From IMG/VR virus record IMGVR_UViG_2698536369_000025: a stretch of DNA of 14,679 nt; one strand, written 5' to 3'. The notes beneath the pieces were generated by a model, which worked only from the letters and a program-made list of their open reading frames with translations, did no database searches and was not told the origin of the DNA. The stretch comes from a virus. Its lineage: Duplodnaviria > Heunggongvirae > Uroviricota > Caudoviricetes. A program made the translations under genes and the position numbers. This document shows, piece after piece, positions 1 to 7,514 of this stretch. Position 1 is the first letter of the stretch. Every line of letters begins with the position of its first letter.

Positions 1-1254
1 ATGCTGGAACAAATGGGCATTGCCGCGAAGCAAGCCTCGTATAAATTAGCGCAACTCTCCAGCCGCGAAAAAAATCGCGTGCTGGAAAAAATCGCCGATG
101 AACTGGAAGCACAAAGCGAAATCATCCTCAACGCTAACGCCCAGGATGTTGCTGACGCGCGAGCCAATGGCCTTAGCGAAGCGATGCTTGACCGTCTGGC
201 ACTGACGCCCGCACGGCTGAAAGGCATTGCCGACGATGTACGTCAGGTGTGCAACCTCGCCGATCCGGTGGGGCAGGTAATCGATGGCGGCATACTGGAC
301 AGCGGCCTGCGTCTTGAGCGTCGTCGCGTACCGCTGGGGGTTATTGGCGTGATTTATGAAGCGCGCCCGAACGTGACGGTTGATGTCGCTTCGCTGTGCC
401 TGAAAACCGGTAACGCGGTGATCCTGCGCGGCGGCAAAGAAACCTGTCGCACTAACGCGGCAACGGTGGCGGTGATTCAGGACGCCCTGAAATCCTGTGG
501 CTTACCGGCGGGTGCCGTGCAGGCAATTGATAATCCTGACCGTGCGCTGGTCAGTGAAATGCTGCGTATGGATAAATACATCGACATGCTGATCCCGCGC
601 GGCGGGGCTGGTTTGCATAAACTGTGCCGCGAACAGTCGACGATCCCGGTGATCACAGGTGGTATAGGCGTATGCCATATTTACGTTGATGAAAGTGCAG
701 AGATCGCTGAAGCATTAAAAGTGATCGTCAACGCGAAAACTCAGCGTCCGAGCACATGTAATACGGTAGAAACGTTGCTGGTGAATAAAAACATCGCCGA
801 TAGCTTCCTGCCCGCATTAAGCAAACAAATGGCGGAAAGCGGCGTGACATTACACGCAGATGCAGCTGCGCTGACACAGTTGCAGGCAGGCCCCGCGAAG
901 GTGGTGGCTGTTAAAGCGGAAGAGTATGACGATGAGTTTCTGTCATTAGATTTGAACGTCAAAATCGTCAGCGATCTTGACGATGCCATCGCCCATATTC
1001 GTGAACACGGCACACAACACTCCGATGCGATCCTGACCCGCGATATGCGCAACGCCCAGCGTTTTGTTAACGAAGTGGATTCGTCCGCTGTTTACGTTAA
1101 CGCCTCTACGCGTTTTACCGACGGCGGTCAGTTTGGACTGGGTGCGGAAGTGGCGGTAAGCACACAAAAACTCCACGCGCGTGGCCCAATGGGGCTGGAA
1201 GCACTGACCACTTACAAGTGGATCGGCATTGGTGATTACACCATTCGTGCGTAA
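1..1254 (+). CDS. proA: gamma-glutamyl phosphate reductase (glutamate-5-semialdehyde dehydrogenase), full length 417 aa
   Basis: ATG at 1, TAA at 1252-1254. The 417-aa translation is recognisable along its whole length as enterobacterial ProA (recalled, not searched). GC-rich core-like composition and followed by tRNA-Thr as in the E. coli proA-thrW arrangement. Confidence 0.95.
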   Translation: MLEQMGIAAKQASYKLAQLSSREKNRVLEKIADELEAQSEIILNANAQDVADARANGLSEAMLDRLALTPARLKGIADDVRQVCNLADPVGQVIDGGILDSGLRLERRRVPLGVIGVIYEARPNVTVDVASLCLKTGNAVILRGGKETCRTNAATVAVIQDALKSCGLPAGAVQAIDNPDRALVSEMLRMDKYIDMLIPRGGAGLHKLCREQSTIPVITGGIGVCHIYVDESAEIAEALKVIVNAKTQRPSTCNTVETLLVNKNIADSFLPALSKQMAESGVTLHADAAALTQLQAGPAKVVAVKAEEYDDEFLSLDLNVKIVSDLDDAIAHIREHGTQHSDAILTRDMRNAQRFVNEVDSSAVYVNASTRFTDGGQFGLGAEVAVSTQKLHARGPMGLEALTTYKWIGIGDYTIRA

Positions 1255-1368
1255 ATAAAACCGGGTGATGCAAAAGTAGCCATTTGATTCACAAGGCCAT
1301 TGACGCATCGCCCGGTTAGTTTTAACCTTGTCCACCGTGATTCACGTTCGTGAACATGTCCTTTCAGG

Positions 1369-1444
1369 GCCGATATAGCTCAGTTGGTAGAGCAGCGCAT
1401 TCGTAATGCGAAGGTCGTAGGTTCGACTCCTATTATCGGCACCA
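1369..1444 (+). tRNA. thrW: tRNA-Thr, anticodon CGU, 76 nt including CCA
   Basis: GCCGATATAGCTCAGTTGGTAGAGCAGCGCATTCGTAATGCGAAGGTCGTAGGTTCGACTCCTATTATCGGCACCA. Acceptor stem GCCGATA/TATCGGC, D-loop AGTTGGTAGAGC, T-arm GGTTCGACTCC, 7-nt anticodon loop TTCGTAA giving anticodon CGT, encoded 3' CCA. thrW is a known integration site for P4-type integrases (established knowledge). Confidence 0.93.
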
Positions 1445-1524
1445 TTCTAACGTCTCGCCAAGTCTACTCAAGTATTTAAAAACCTCTTATAATCCGCATG
1501 TTAGCGCCCCTTTTAGTCTTTTGA

Positions 1525-1610
1525 CGTCTACTTAAGTACCCCAAAATCTACAGTCAATTGGGGGTACTTTTGGGGGTATTTGCTGTTCGGTTTAGTGGAG
1601 GTACCCCCAA
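1525..1610. promoter_or_regulatory. Repeat cluster between thrW and int: GTACCCC(C)AA in both orientations plus a direct repeat GTCTACT(C/T)AAGTA; putative integrase binding sites and/or int promoter-operator
   Basis: GTACCCCAAAA 1536-1546, TTGGGGGTAC 1558-1567 (inverted), GGGGGTA 1572-1578, GTACCCCCAA 1601-1610 abutting the int start. GTCTACTCAAGTA near 1461 and GTCTACTTAAGTA near 1525. Function is inferred from position only. Confidence 0.4.
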
Positions 1611-2825
1611 GTGAAACTCAATGCCCGTCAAATAGACACTGCCAAGCCAAAAGAGAAGGCTTACAAGCTGGCTGATGGTGGTGGTCTGTATCTCTTGGTA
1701 AAACCTAGTGGAGGAAAATATTGGCGCTTCAAGTATCGTGTAGCTGGTAAAGAGAAGCTGTTAGCACTAGGTGTGTATCCTGAAGTTACCTTGGCTGATG
1801 CTCGTGCAAAACGTGAAGAAGCTAAAAGGGGTATCGCTGGGGGTATCGATCCGATGGAAGCGAAACGAGAGGAAAAGATTGCCCGGGAAACGCAGTTAAA
1901 CAACACCTTCAAAGATATTGCCCTTGAGTGGCACAGCAGCAAATTAAAAAAATGGTCTGCTGGTTATGCTTCAGACATCCTCGAAGCCTTCAACAAAGAT
2001 GTGTTCCCTTACATTGGCAAAAAACCAATCGCCGAAATCAAACCACTTGAACTGCTGAATGTGCTGCGGCGCATCGAGGGGCGCGGTGCTACCGAAAAAG
2101 CCAAAAAAGTGAGGCAGCGATGTGGGGAAGTTTTCCGCTATGCAATTGTCACTGGACGTGCTGAGTATAACCCTGCACCGGATCTCACCAGCGCGATGCA
2201 AGGACATGAATCTAATCATTATCCTTTCCTCACAGCCAAAGAATTACCTGATTTTTTCAAGGCATTGTCCAGTTACTCAGGAAGTGCATTGGTTGTTATG
2301 GCGGCTCGTTTACTGATTATCACCGGTTTGCGGACTGGCGAACTGCGCGGTGCATTATGGGATGAAATCGATCTCAACAAGGCTATCTGGGAGATACCTG
2401 CTTCACGGATGAAAATGCGTCGCCCTCATGTAGTGCCTTTGTCTGAGCAGGCTCTTTCGCTTATTGGGCAGATTAAAGAACTAACTGGCAATTATCCGCT
2501 TATGTTTCCCGGCCGTAATGATCCAAGGAAAACAATGAGCGAGGCTAGCATAAACCAAGTATTTAAACGCATCGGCTATAACGGAAAGGTTACTGGTCAT
2601 GGCTTCCGGCACACTATGAGCACCATTTTGCATGAGCAGGGCTATAACACCGCGTGGATAGAGACACAGCTTGCGCACGTCGATAAAAACTCAATTCGTG
2701 GCACATACAACCATGCGCAATATCTGGATGGGCGGCGGGAAATGCTTCAGTGGTACGCTGATTATATGGATTCGCTCGAGCATGGCGGAAATGTGGTGCA
2801 TGGTGAGTTCGGAAAATGCGGGTGA
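1611..2825 (+). CDS. int: Site-specific tyrosine integrase, P4-like family (404 aa)
   Basis: GTG start 1611 preceded by GGAGG 1598-1602. N-terminus AKPKEKAYKLADGGGLYLLVKPSGGKYWRFKYRVAGKEKLLALGVYPEV is the typical P4-integrase N-terminal domain. C-terminal catalytic region carries R (TGLRTGELR), HGFRHT and terminal Y (RGTYNHAQY). Sits directly beside a tRNA gene. Confidence 0.93.
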   Translation: MKLNARQIDTAKPKEKAYKLADGGGLYLLVKPSGGKYWRFKYRVAGKEKLLALGVYPEVTLADARAKREEAKRGIAGGIDPMEAKREEKIARETQLNNTFKDIALEWHSSKLKKWSAGYASDILEAFNKDVFPYIGKKPIAEIKPLELLNVLRRIEGRGATEKAKKVRQRCGEVFRYAIVTGRAEYNPAPDLTSAMQGHESNHYPFLTAKELPDFFKALSSYSGSALVVMAARLLIITGLRTGELRGALWDEIDLNKAIWEIPASRMKMRRPHVVPLSEQALSLIGQIKELTGNYPLMFPGRNDPRKTMSEASINQVFKRIGYNGKVTGHGFRHTMSTILHEQGYNTAWIETQLAHVDKNSIRGTYNHAQYLDGRREMLQWYADYMDSLEHGGNVVHGEFGKCG

Positions 2826-2947
2826 CTGGTTGAGTATACAGTAGTAGACTTTGAGCGACGAAAGAAAAGGCTGTGTCTAGGGTCGCTCCCGAAAATCCGT
2901 ACACCTCGACGGACTGGTACAGCCACTACAGTAGAGGACGCTGAGGT

Positions 2948-3751
2948 GTGCGTATGATTGATATTCATGCCGAATTAAACGAATACAAAAAAGATTTTAT
3001 TTCTTTACGTGAATTTCTTGAGGTCGTGCTTAAGGTCGCTGGTGATGATTATGATGTTTCAGATGTCATAACTTGGATACTCAGGAGAATAAGCGGAGAA
3101 CATATCCGCCTGTACACAGTAAATGAATTTAAGCTGTTGGAATCTTTTTGTAACCCGTATCGGGATGAATTTGATAATGATGTTCTTTATAGAAATCTGA
3201 ATGCGGTTCGGAAACGTGGTTGTTTACCTGGTGAGAGGGATGAAAATGGTTTTCTGGTGTCCGGTTATTGGGAAGATCCCGAATTTGAGAACATTGGATT
3301 TATAAGGGGTGAAATTTTCGCAATTTTTCCCGATGTCCTTGACGCGTTAACGAAGCTGGAAGGCGCTAACTCTTCTGAAAATGACGAGGCACAAGGACGC
3401 GATATTGAAAAGAAAGAGTTGCGTACAGAGGATGATTTATTATCCCAAATCGCAATGCTGGAAAAAGAAAACGCAGAGTTAAGGGCAAGGATAGAGCAGT
3501 TAGAGCAAGAGCGCCCGATACACTTATATAAATACTGGGATAAAGACCCATTAGCTAAGGCTATTGAGATTAGAAACAGAGAGTGGGCCAATTACGATCC
3601 AGAAAATGATTTTGCCACCAGGGGAAATCAAGAAGCGATAACCAGGGAGCTTAAGCAGTGGGGGGCAAGTAATGCACTTGCAACGCTCATAGAGAGGACT
3701 GCCTGCCCTATTAACCGAGACAACAGCCAAAAGAACGCAAAGCCGGATTAA
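2948..3751 (+). CDS. Hypothetical protein, about 265 aa, acidic with a central coiled-coil (LLSQIAMLEKENAELRARIEQLEQER); no recognised domain
   Basis: ORF 2948..3751; the more likely start is ATG 2954, with GAGG 2943-2946 seven nt upstream. Lower GC than flanks (24/60 G+C counted over 3001-3060). Followed by a palindrome plus T-run. Function unknown. Confidence 0.7.
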   Translation: MRMIDIHAELNEYKKDFISLREFLEVVLKVAGDDYDVSDVITWILRRISGEHIRLYTVNEFKLLESFCNPYRDEFDNDVLYRNLNAVRKRGCLPGERDENGFLVSGYWEDPEFENIGFIRGEIFAIFPDVLDALTKLEGANSSENDEAQGRDIEKKELRTEDDLLSQIAMLEKENAELRARIEQLEQERPIHLYKYWDKDPLAKAIEIRNREWANYDPENDFATRGNQEAITRELKQWGASNALATLIERTACPINRDNSQKNAKPD

Positions 3752-3764
3752 CGCACCATACCGC

Positions 3765-3912
3765 ATACCCTGAGGGTGATTTACTGTTACCCTGAGGGTA
3801 TTTTTTTATCTTCCCCGTCAATTTTACCATCACCCTTAGGGTAGATTTCCTCCCGATTACCATCACCCTTAGGGTAGATTTCCTTCCGGTAACCATTAGG
3901 CCTGAGGGTATG
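3765..3912. repeat. Array of near-palindromic ACCCT-N-AGGGT boxes (5 copies) including a roughly 32-bp tandem duplication; first pair plus T7 run may act as terminator of the upstream gene, the rest as operator sites upstream of alpA
   Basis: ACCCTGAGGGT at 3767-3777 and 3789-3799 (followed by T-run 3802-3808); ACCCTTAGGGT at 3832-3842 and 3864-3874 inside the tandem repeat TTACCATCACCCTTAGGGTAGATTTCCT (about 3825-3855 and 3857-3887); half-site CCTGAGGGTA 3901-3910. Confidence 0.6.
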
Positions 3913-3978
3913 AAAATATTCGTTATTTCTGTGCCATGATTACCTCGTCAAATTGAGTAGACGTTATGAGGTAAATAT

Positions 3979-4176
3979 ATGTCAAATACGCTTATTCGTT
4001 TAACAGAAGTTCAGCGTAGAACTGGATATAGCAAGGCATGGATTTATCGCCTTATGGGGCAAGGTAAATTTCCTGCATCAGTTAAAATTGGCTCGCGAGC
4101 TATTGCTTTCGTTGAGAGTGAAATTGACGAGTGGATTAATCAGCGTATTGCGGAATCACGCGGAACAGCTACCTGA
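3979..4176 (+). CDS. alpA: AlpA-family (prophage CP4-57-type) helix-turn-helix transcriptional regulator / excisionase-like protein, 65 aa
   Basis: ATG 3979 with GAGG 3968-3971. Translation MSNTLIRLTEVQRRTGYSKAWIYRLMGQGKFPASVKIGSRAIAFVESEIDEWI is the canonical AlpA pattern (RL.EV...TG.S....Y.....G.FP..VK.G.R...W...E...W). Typical partner of P4-type integrases. Confidence 0.85.
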   Translation: MSNTLIRLTEVQRRTGYSKAWIYRLMGQGKFPASVKIGSRAIAFVESEIDEWINQRIAESRGTAT

Positions 4177-4253
4177 TTAAATGGCTACGGGGCTATTGCC
4201 CCCAGCTATCCACCAGCAAATAAAAGTAACTTAATTCGATAGCAGGAGTTTTT

Positions 4254-5054
4254 ATGAAATTTCCAAAAACGCCCGTACAGGGGCGGGGCTTCGTTCGGCC
4301 TGAAAACCAGAATCTGCAAAATTTCGGCGAAATTATCCCGATTATTTCCGGCGTTATTGGCGGGAGTGAAACCACTATTGTTAGCGCCAGAGCGTTACAT
4401 AAGGCGTTAGGTGTAGGGCGCGTTTTCCGTTCGTGGATCAAGGGGCGCATTGAAGAATACGGGTTCACGGAAGGCGTGGATTATGAGGTTGTTGAATATT
4501 TGAGCCGACCCGATCCGGTGAGCGCAAAATCTCGCCAGCAAACCGCTCTTGAGTACATCATCACAGTGAACATGGCGAAAGAACTGGCGATGGTCGAACG
4601 TACCGAACAGGGCCGCGCCGTTCGCCAGTACTTTATCAAATGCGAGGAGGAGCTACACAAGGTTGCGCCTGTTCGTTCCGCAGCGTTACGCCGGGAACTG
4701 AAAGCCCGTATCACCGTTGCCAGCTACTTTAAGCCGATGTGTGCCGCGCTGGAGGCGTACCGGGCTGAACTGGGTAAAAACACGTTCCAGCACCACTACA
4801 CCACGGAAGCCAATATGCTGGCGCGTATCGTGCTGGGTGGCATGACTGCAAAACAGTGGGCGCAGGCGAACGGCATCACAGGCGAACCACGCGACCACAT
4901 GAGCACGTTGCAGCTTGAGCACCTTTCTTACCTTGAGCAGAGCAATATCACGCTGATTGAGTTAGGCCAGGACTACCACCAGCGGAAAGCTGAATTAATT
5001 CGCCTTTCGCAGCGTTGGTTAGCCCGTCGCATGGAGGAAAACAGCCATGTGTAA
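4254..5054 (+). CDS. Phage antirepressor-like regulatory protein (AntA/Bro-N-like N-terminal domain), 266 aa
   Basis: ATG 4254 with AGGAG 4244-4248; TAA 5052-5054. N-terminal segment TIVSARALHKALGVGRVFRSWIKGRIEEYGFTEGVDYEVV resembles the AntA/Bro-N antirepressor fold (recalled pattern, not searched). Assignment to the antirepressor family is moderate; the CDS call is stronger. Confidence 0.7.
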   Translation: MKFPKTPVQGRGFVRPENQNLQNFGEIIPIISGVIGGSETTIVSARALHKALGVGRVFRSWIKGRIEEYGFTEGVDYEVVEYLSRPDPVSAKSRQQTALEYIITVNMAKELAMVERTEQGRAVRQYFIKCEEELHKVAPVRSAALRRELKARITVASYFKPMCAALEAYRAELGKNTFQHHYTTEANMLARIVLGGMTAKQWAQANGITGEPRDHMSTLQLEHLSYLEQSNITLIELGQDYHQRKAELIRLSQRWLARRMEENSHV

Positions 5055-5324
5055 CGCTCTGACCGTTACAAAAAGAGAAAGCGCCCCGTTGCCGGAGCGC
5101 CTTTGTGAACGAATAGCCTACTGCGCCATATTGCTTACTGTCTACGAGGCAGATTATAGCGTTGTGGTCGCACAGAGTGAAGGCGCTGATCACCGTTACT
5201 ACAGCACGCCAGAAATGCAGAATATTTTGCTGCAAAATGTCGTTGGTCACGCTGTCCGGAAAGCAAAAAATTTTGCTGGTGGCGCGACTGATGCGATTTT
5301 TTCTGGTCGCCCGGTGCTGATCAA

Positions 5325-5627
5325 CTACTCCTGTTCTTTGGCCTTGCGGCGCTGGAGTTCTTCACGCGCGACGGTGACGAGTTGCCCGATCTCCTCGGCA
5401 GCTTTGACACCGATTTTTTCCACCTGCGCCAGTGCATCGAGCGAAGAAACCAGGGGATTTTCTCCTCTTCCTTCTGCCTGGCGGCGAGCGATCTCACCGC
5501 ACATGGCGGTTACTATGAATCCGGCGTTGCTTTCGCCGTCCAGTTTTACGGATTCCATGCCCTCCATAACATCGTGGGGAACCCTGATCGTTGTCATTTG
5601 CGATTTTGCATTTTTGTATACAGACAT
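5325..5627 (-). CDS. Small putative DNA-binding protein (ribbon-helix-helix-like N-terminus TTIRVPHDVMEGM), 100 aa, convergent with the upstream gene and divergent from the small-ORF operon
   Basis: Minus-strand ATG at 5627-5625, stop (CTA on plus) at 5325-5327; GGTGA-like SD upstream on the minus strand. Sits next to an operator-like repeat array. It fully overlaps a longer plus-strand ORF (5047..6201) judged spurious in this part. Confidence 0.6.
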   Translation of the reverse strand: MSVYKNAKSQMTTIRVPHDVMEGMESVKLDGESNAGFIVTAMCGEIARRQAEGRGENPLVSSLDALAQVEKIGVKAAEEIGQLVTVAREELQRRKAKEQE

Positions 5628-5835
5628 AGTTAATCACCAATTTGTTATGTGTATATCACTATACACAAAAGTGAGATATAAAAACACTTGCAATGTATAT
5701 CACCACAATATAATGTGTATCTCACATGGAGGTCGCTATGTATCTCACAATGAGCGATTCATAAAAACGACGAAACCCGGCAGTGCGCGAACACTAACCG
5801 GGCTTCTAACCAAACCGTTAAATGAGGTAACGATT
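5628..5835. promoter_or_regulatory. Divergent promoter/operator region with five copies of TGTAT(A/C)TCAC in both orientations, including a perfect 8-4-8 palindrome
   Basis: Palindrome TGTGTATA-tcac-TATACACA 5648-5667; GTGAGATATA 5671-5680 (inverted copy); TGTATATCAC 5694-5703; TGTATCTCAC 5717-5726 and 5739-5748. Lies between the minus-strand RHH-like gene and the plus-strand operon start at 5836. Confidence 0.55.
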
Positions 5836-6201
5836 ATGGCTGGAACACAGCATACCCAAACTCACCCTAAATTTATATACACCTTCCTGGCGGTGCACCG
5901 TGATTGCATGGCTGACGGTAAAAACACTGTACACGTAGCCGCTGATACGCTGGTGGATGCCTGCAAGATGCTCAATGATATGGGCTATATCTCGGCAACA
6001 TGGAAAGGGCGCGAAGAAAACACGCTGTTTATTCAGAAATGCGAAAACAATTTTATATGGCGTTTTATCGCCCTGAGCACAGCACAACCGCGTGTAATTC
6101 ACATCGAGGCCACCAGCGAACAGGAAGCACGCCAGCAATCTCCTGATGGCTGCGTGATGGTATTCGCTGCCCGCATTCGCCAGGAGGTGGAACATGTGTA
6201 A
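5836..6201 (+). CDS. Hypothetical protein, 121 aa, first gene of a coupled small-ORF operon
   Basis: ATG 5836 with GAGG 5824-5827 eight nt upstream; TAA 6199-6201. Same frame as the long ORF 5047..6201, but only this part has an RBS and does not overlap the minus-strand gene. Confidence 0.7.
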   Translation: MAGTQHTQTHPKFIYTFLAVHRDCMADGKNTVHVAADTLVDACKMLNDMGYISATWKGREENTLFIQKCENNFIWRFIALSTAQPRVIHIEATSEQEARQQSPDGCVMVFAARIRQEVEHV

Positions 6202-6418
6202 TGCAACATGGCCTGATGCAGCGGTAGACGCTATCAAAACGCTGATGGATTCACTTGTTGAGATTTCTGCTATCGCTGGTGTGGCGCATAAACACGCAGC
6301 CAGAGAATCAGAATGCATCTCCCATTATTTAGCATTTGTGCAGCTAAAAGCCGATCAGGCACTGGATAAGGCCGGAAAAATTATCATGGCTGATGTGCAG
6401 GAGGTGCACCATGCATAA
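6194..6418 (+). CDS. Hypothetical small protein, 74 aa
   Basis: ATG 6194 overlaps the stop of the previous gene; AGGAGGTGG 6182-6190 upstream. Translational coupling pattern. Confidence 0.6.
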   Translation: MCNATWPDAAVDAIKTLMDSLVEISAIAGVAHKHAARESECISHYLAFVQLKADQALDKAGKIIMADVQEVHHA

Positions 6419-6776
6419 CCTGTCAATTTCTGACCTTAACAGCATTCAGTTTGACGAGAAATTTACCGGGCAGTTGCTGGTCAATGTGGAGAACGGGCGC
6501 ATAGTGCGTAATTACCACCTGCCGGATGGTGCAATTGCCGGAAGCGTTGAAGCATTGCTGGAACTGGCGGAACGTGCGCGACTGATTAAGCCGTCAACGA
6601 GCCATCACGATGATGATCTGCATTTTACCGGGCGTATGGTGAGTCACTACGAAAACGGCGTTGAAGTATCCCGCGAACGGCTGCGTGATGATTGCTGTTT
6701 CGGCACACTGCCGGAATTTATCGAGTTGCTGAACAGTTGCGGTTATCAGGTCATTCAGGGGGGTAAACATGCGTGA
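6411..6776 (+). CDS. Hypothetical protein, 121 aa
   Basis: ATG 6411 with AGGAGG 6399-6404 six nt upstream; overlaps the previous stop (6416-6418). The six-frame ORF begins at 6393 but lacks an RBS there. Confidence 0.65.
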   Translation: MHNLSISDLNSIQFDEKFTGQLLVNVENGRIVRNYHLPDGAIAGSVEALLELAERARLIKPSTSHHDDDLHFTGRMVSHYENGVEVSRERLRDDCCFGTLPEFIELLNSCGYQVIQGGKHA

Positions 6777-7002
6777 TGATCGTTTTAATTCCCTGAAACG
6801 GGAATTTGATGGCGCACCGGAAGATGCAGCGGGCGCATTGTTGAGCGTTGCTGACATGATGAAAGCTGCATATTTTCTTATCAATACCAGTGGCTACAAG
6901 TCAGAGGGTGAAATGATTCTTAGTATTGCGTCGGACTATGCGGAATATGTGGCAGAGACGCGTTACAGAAGAAAATTCACGGAGGATGTAAGCCATGCAT
7001 AA
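6769..7002 (+). CDS. Hypothetical small protein, 77 aa
   Basis: ATG 6769 overlapping the previous stop (TGA 6774-6776); G-rich SD 6758-6763. Confidence 0.6.
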   Translation: MRDDRFNSLKREFDGAPEDAAGALLSVADMMKAAYFLINTSGYKSEGEMILSIASDYAEYVAETRYRRKFTEDVSHA

Positions 7003-7195
7003 TCATGAAGCGCATGTACCCGTAGTGCTTAATGTGCCAGATGATTTCACCGGACGCGTACTGGTTTACCTGGATAAAGGGAAAGTGAAATCACAATGCC
7101 GACTGAAAAGTAATGAGATTGTTGGTTCTCCTGAATTTTTTTCTGAACTTTGTATTCGTGCGGAAATAAAACCGGAACTGCTGACAGGAAAATAA
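6995..7195 (+). CDS. Hypothetical small protein, 66 aa
   Basis: ATG 6995 with GGAGGA 6981-6986 eight nt upstream; overlaps the previous stop (7000-7002). Confidence 0.55.
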   Translation: MHNHEAHVPVVLNVPDDFTGRVLVYLDKGKVKSQCRLKSNEIVGSPEFFSELCIRAEIKPELLTGK

Positions 7196-7199
7196 AACC

Positions 7200-7514
7200 A
7201 TGAAAAAGAAAAATTCTGGCTTTACTGCCAGCGGCCTCTCTCGGCCTGAAATCCGCCCCGGCGATATTTTCCGGGATAAATACGGCAGCACGATAACGGT
7301 AAAAACCGTCGATGATTTTCGCGTGACCTATATCCGCGAAGGTTATACGCATCCCTGCGTGTCGTCACATATGCGCTTTGAAAGGGAATTCATCCTGGTA
7401 AGTAAAGCGCCACTAGCAGAATTAAGCGACATCGACAAAATCATGAGCGTCACGGGCGCGGAACGCATCAGGACAGTACGTGAAATTATTCGTGAGCGGG
7501 GAGGTAAGAAGTGA
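7200..7514 (+). CDS. Hypothetical protein, 104 aa
   Basis: ATG 7200 four nt after the previous stop; its stop TGA 7512-7514 overlaps the GTG start of the replication gene. Confidence 0.6.
   Translation: MKKKNSGFTASGLSRPEIRPGDIFRDKYGSTITVKTVDDFRVTYIREGYTHPCVSSHMRFEREFILVSKAPLAELSDIDKIMSVTGAERIRTVREIIRERGGKK

Noticed and set aside
1259-1323. Long-range inverted repeat AACCGGGTGATGC / GCATCGCCCGGTT followed by AGTTTT after proA, considered as a proA terminator; also the TTCACGTTCGTGAA palindrome at 1341-1354
   Set aside because: The 33-nt loop is unusual for an intrinsic terminator, and the same interval must hold the thrW promoter (a TTGACG -35-like hexamer at 1300-1305). The roles cannot be separated from sequence alone.
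741-1335. Minus-strand ORFs of 103 and 129 aa inside proA, and similar antisense ORFs inside int, the replication gene and elsewhere (for example 1661..1942, 7811..8032, 9046..9291, 5818..6318)
   Set aside because: They are fully nested antisense to well-supported genes, lack RBS, and have atypical composition. These are ordinary shadow ORFs.
2853-2889. Inverted repeat GAGCGAC-N23-GTCGCTC just after the integrase stop, considered as a terminator
   Set aside because: The loop is long and there is no downstream T-run. It may be a binding site or coincidence; not enough to call a terminator.
5047-6201. 384-aa plus-strand ORF spanning from the antirepressor stop to the end of the first small-ORF gene
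   Set aside because: Its first roughly 790 nt have no RBS, a low-complexity Ser/Ala/Thr-rich translation, and run through the convergent minus-strand gene 5325..5627 and the operator array. Only the in-frame segment from ATG 5836, which has a proper SD, is kept as a gene.
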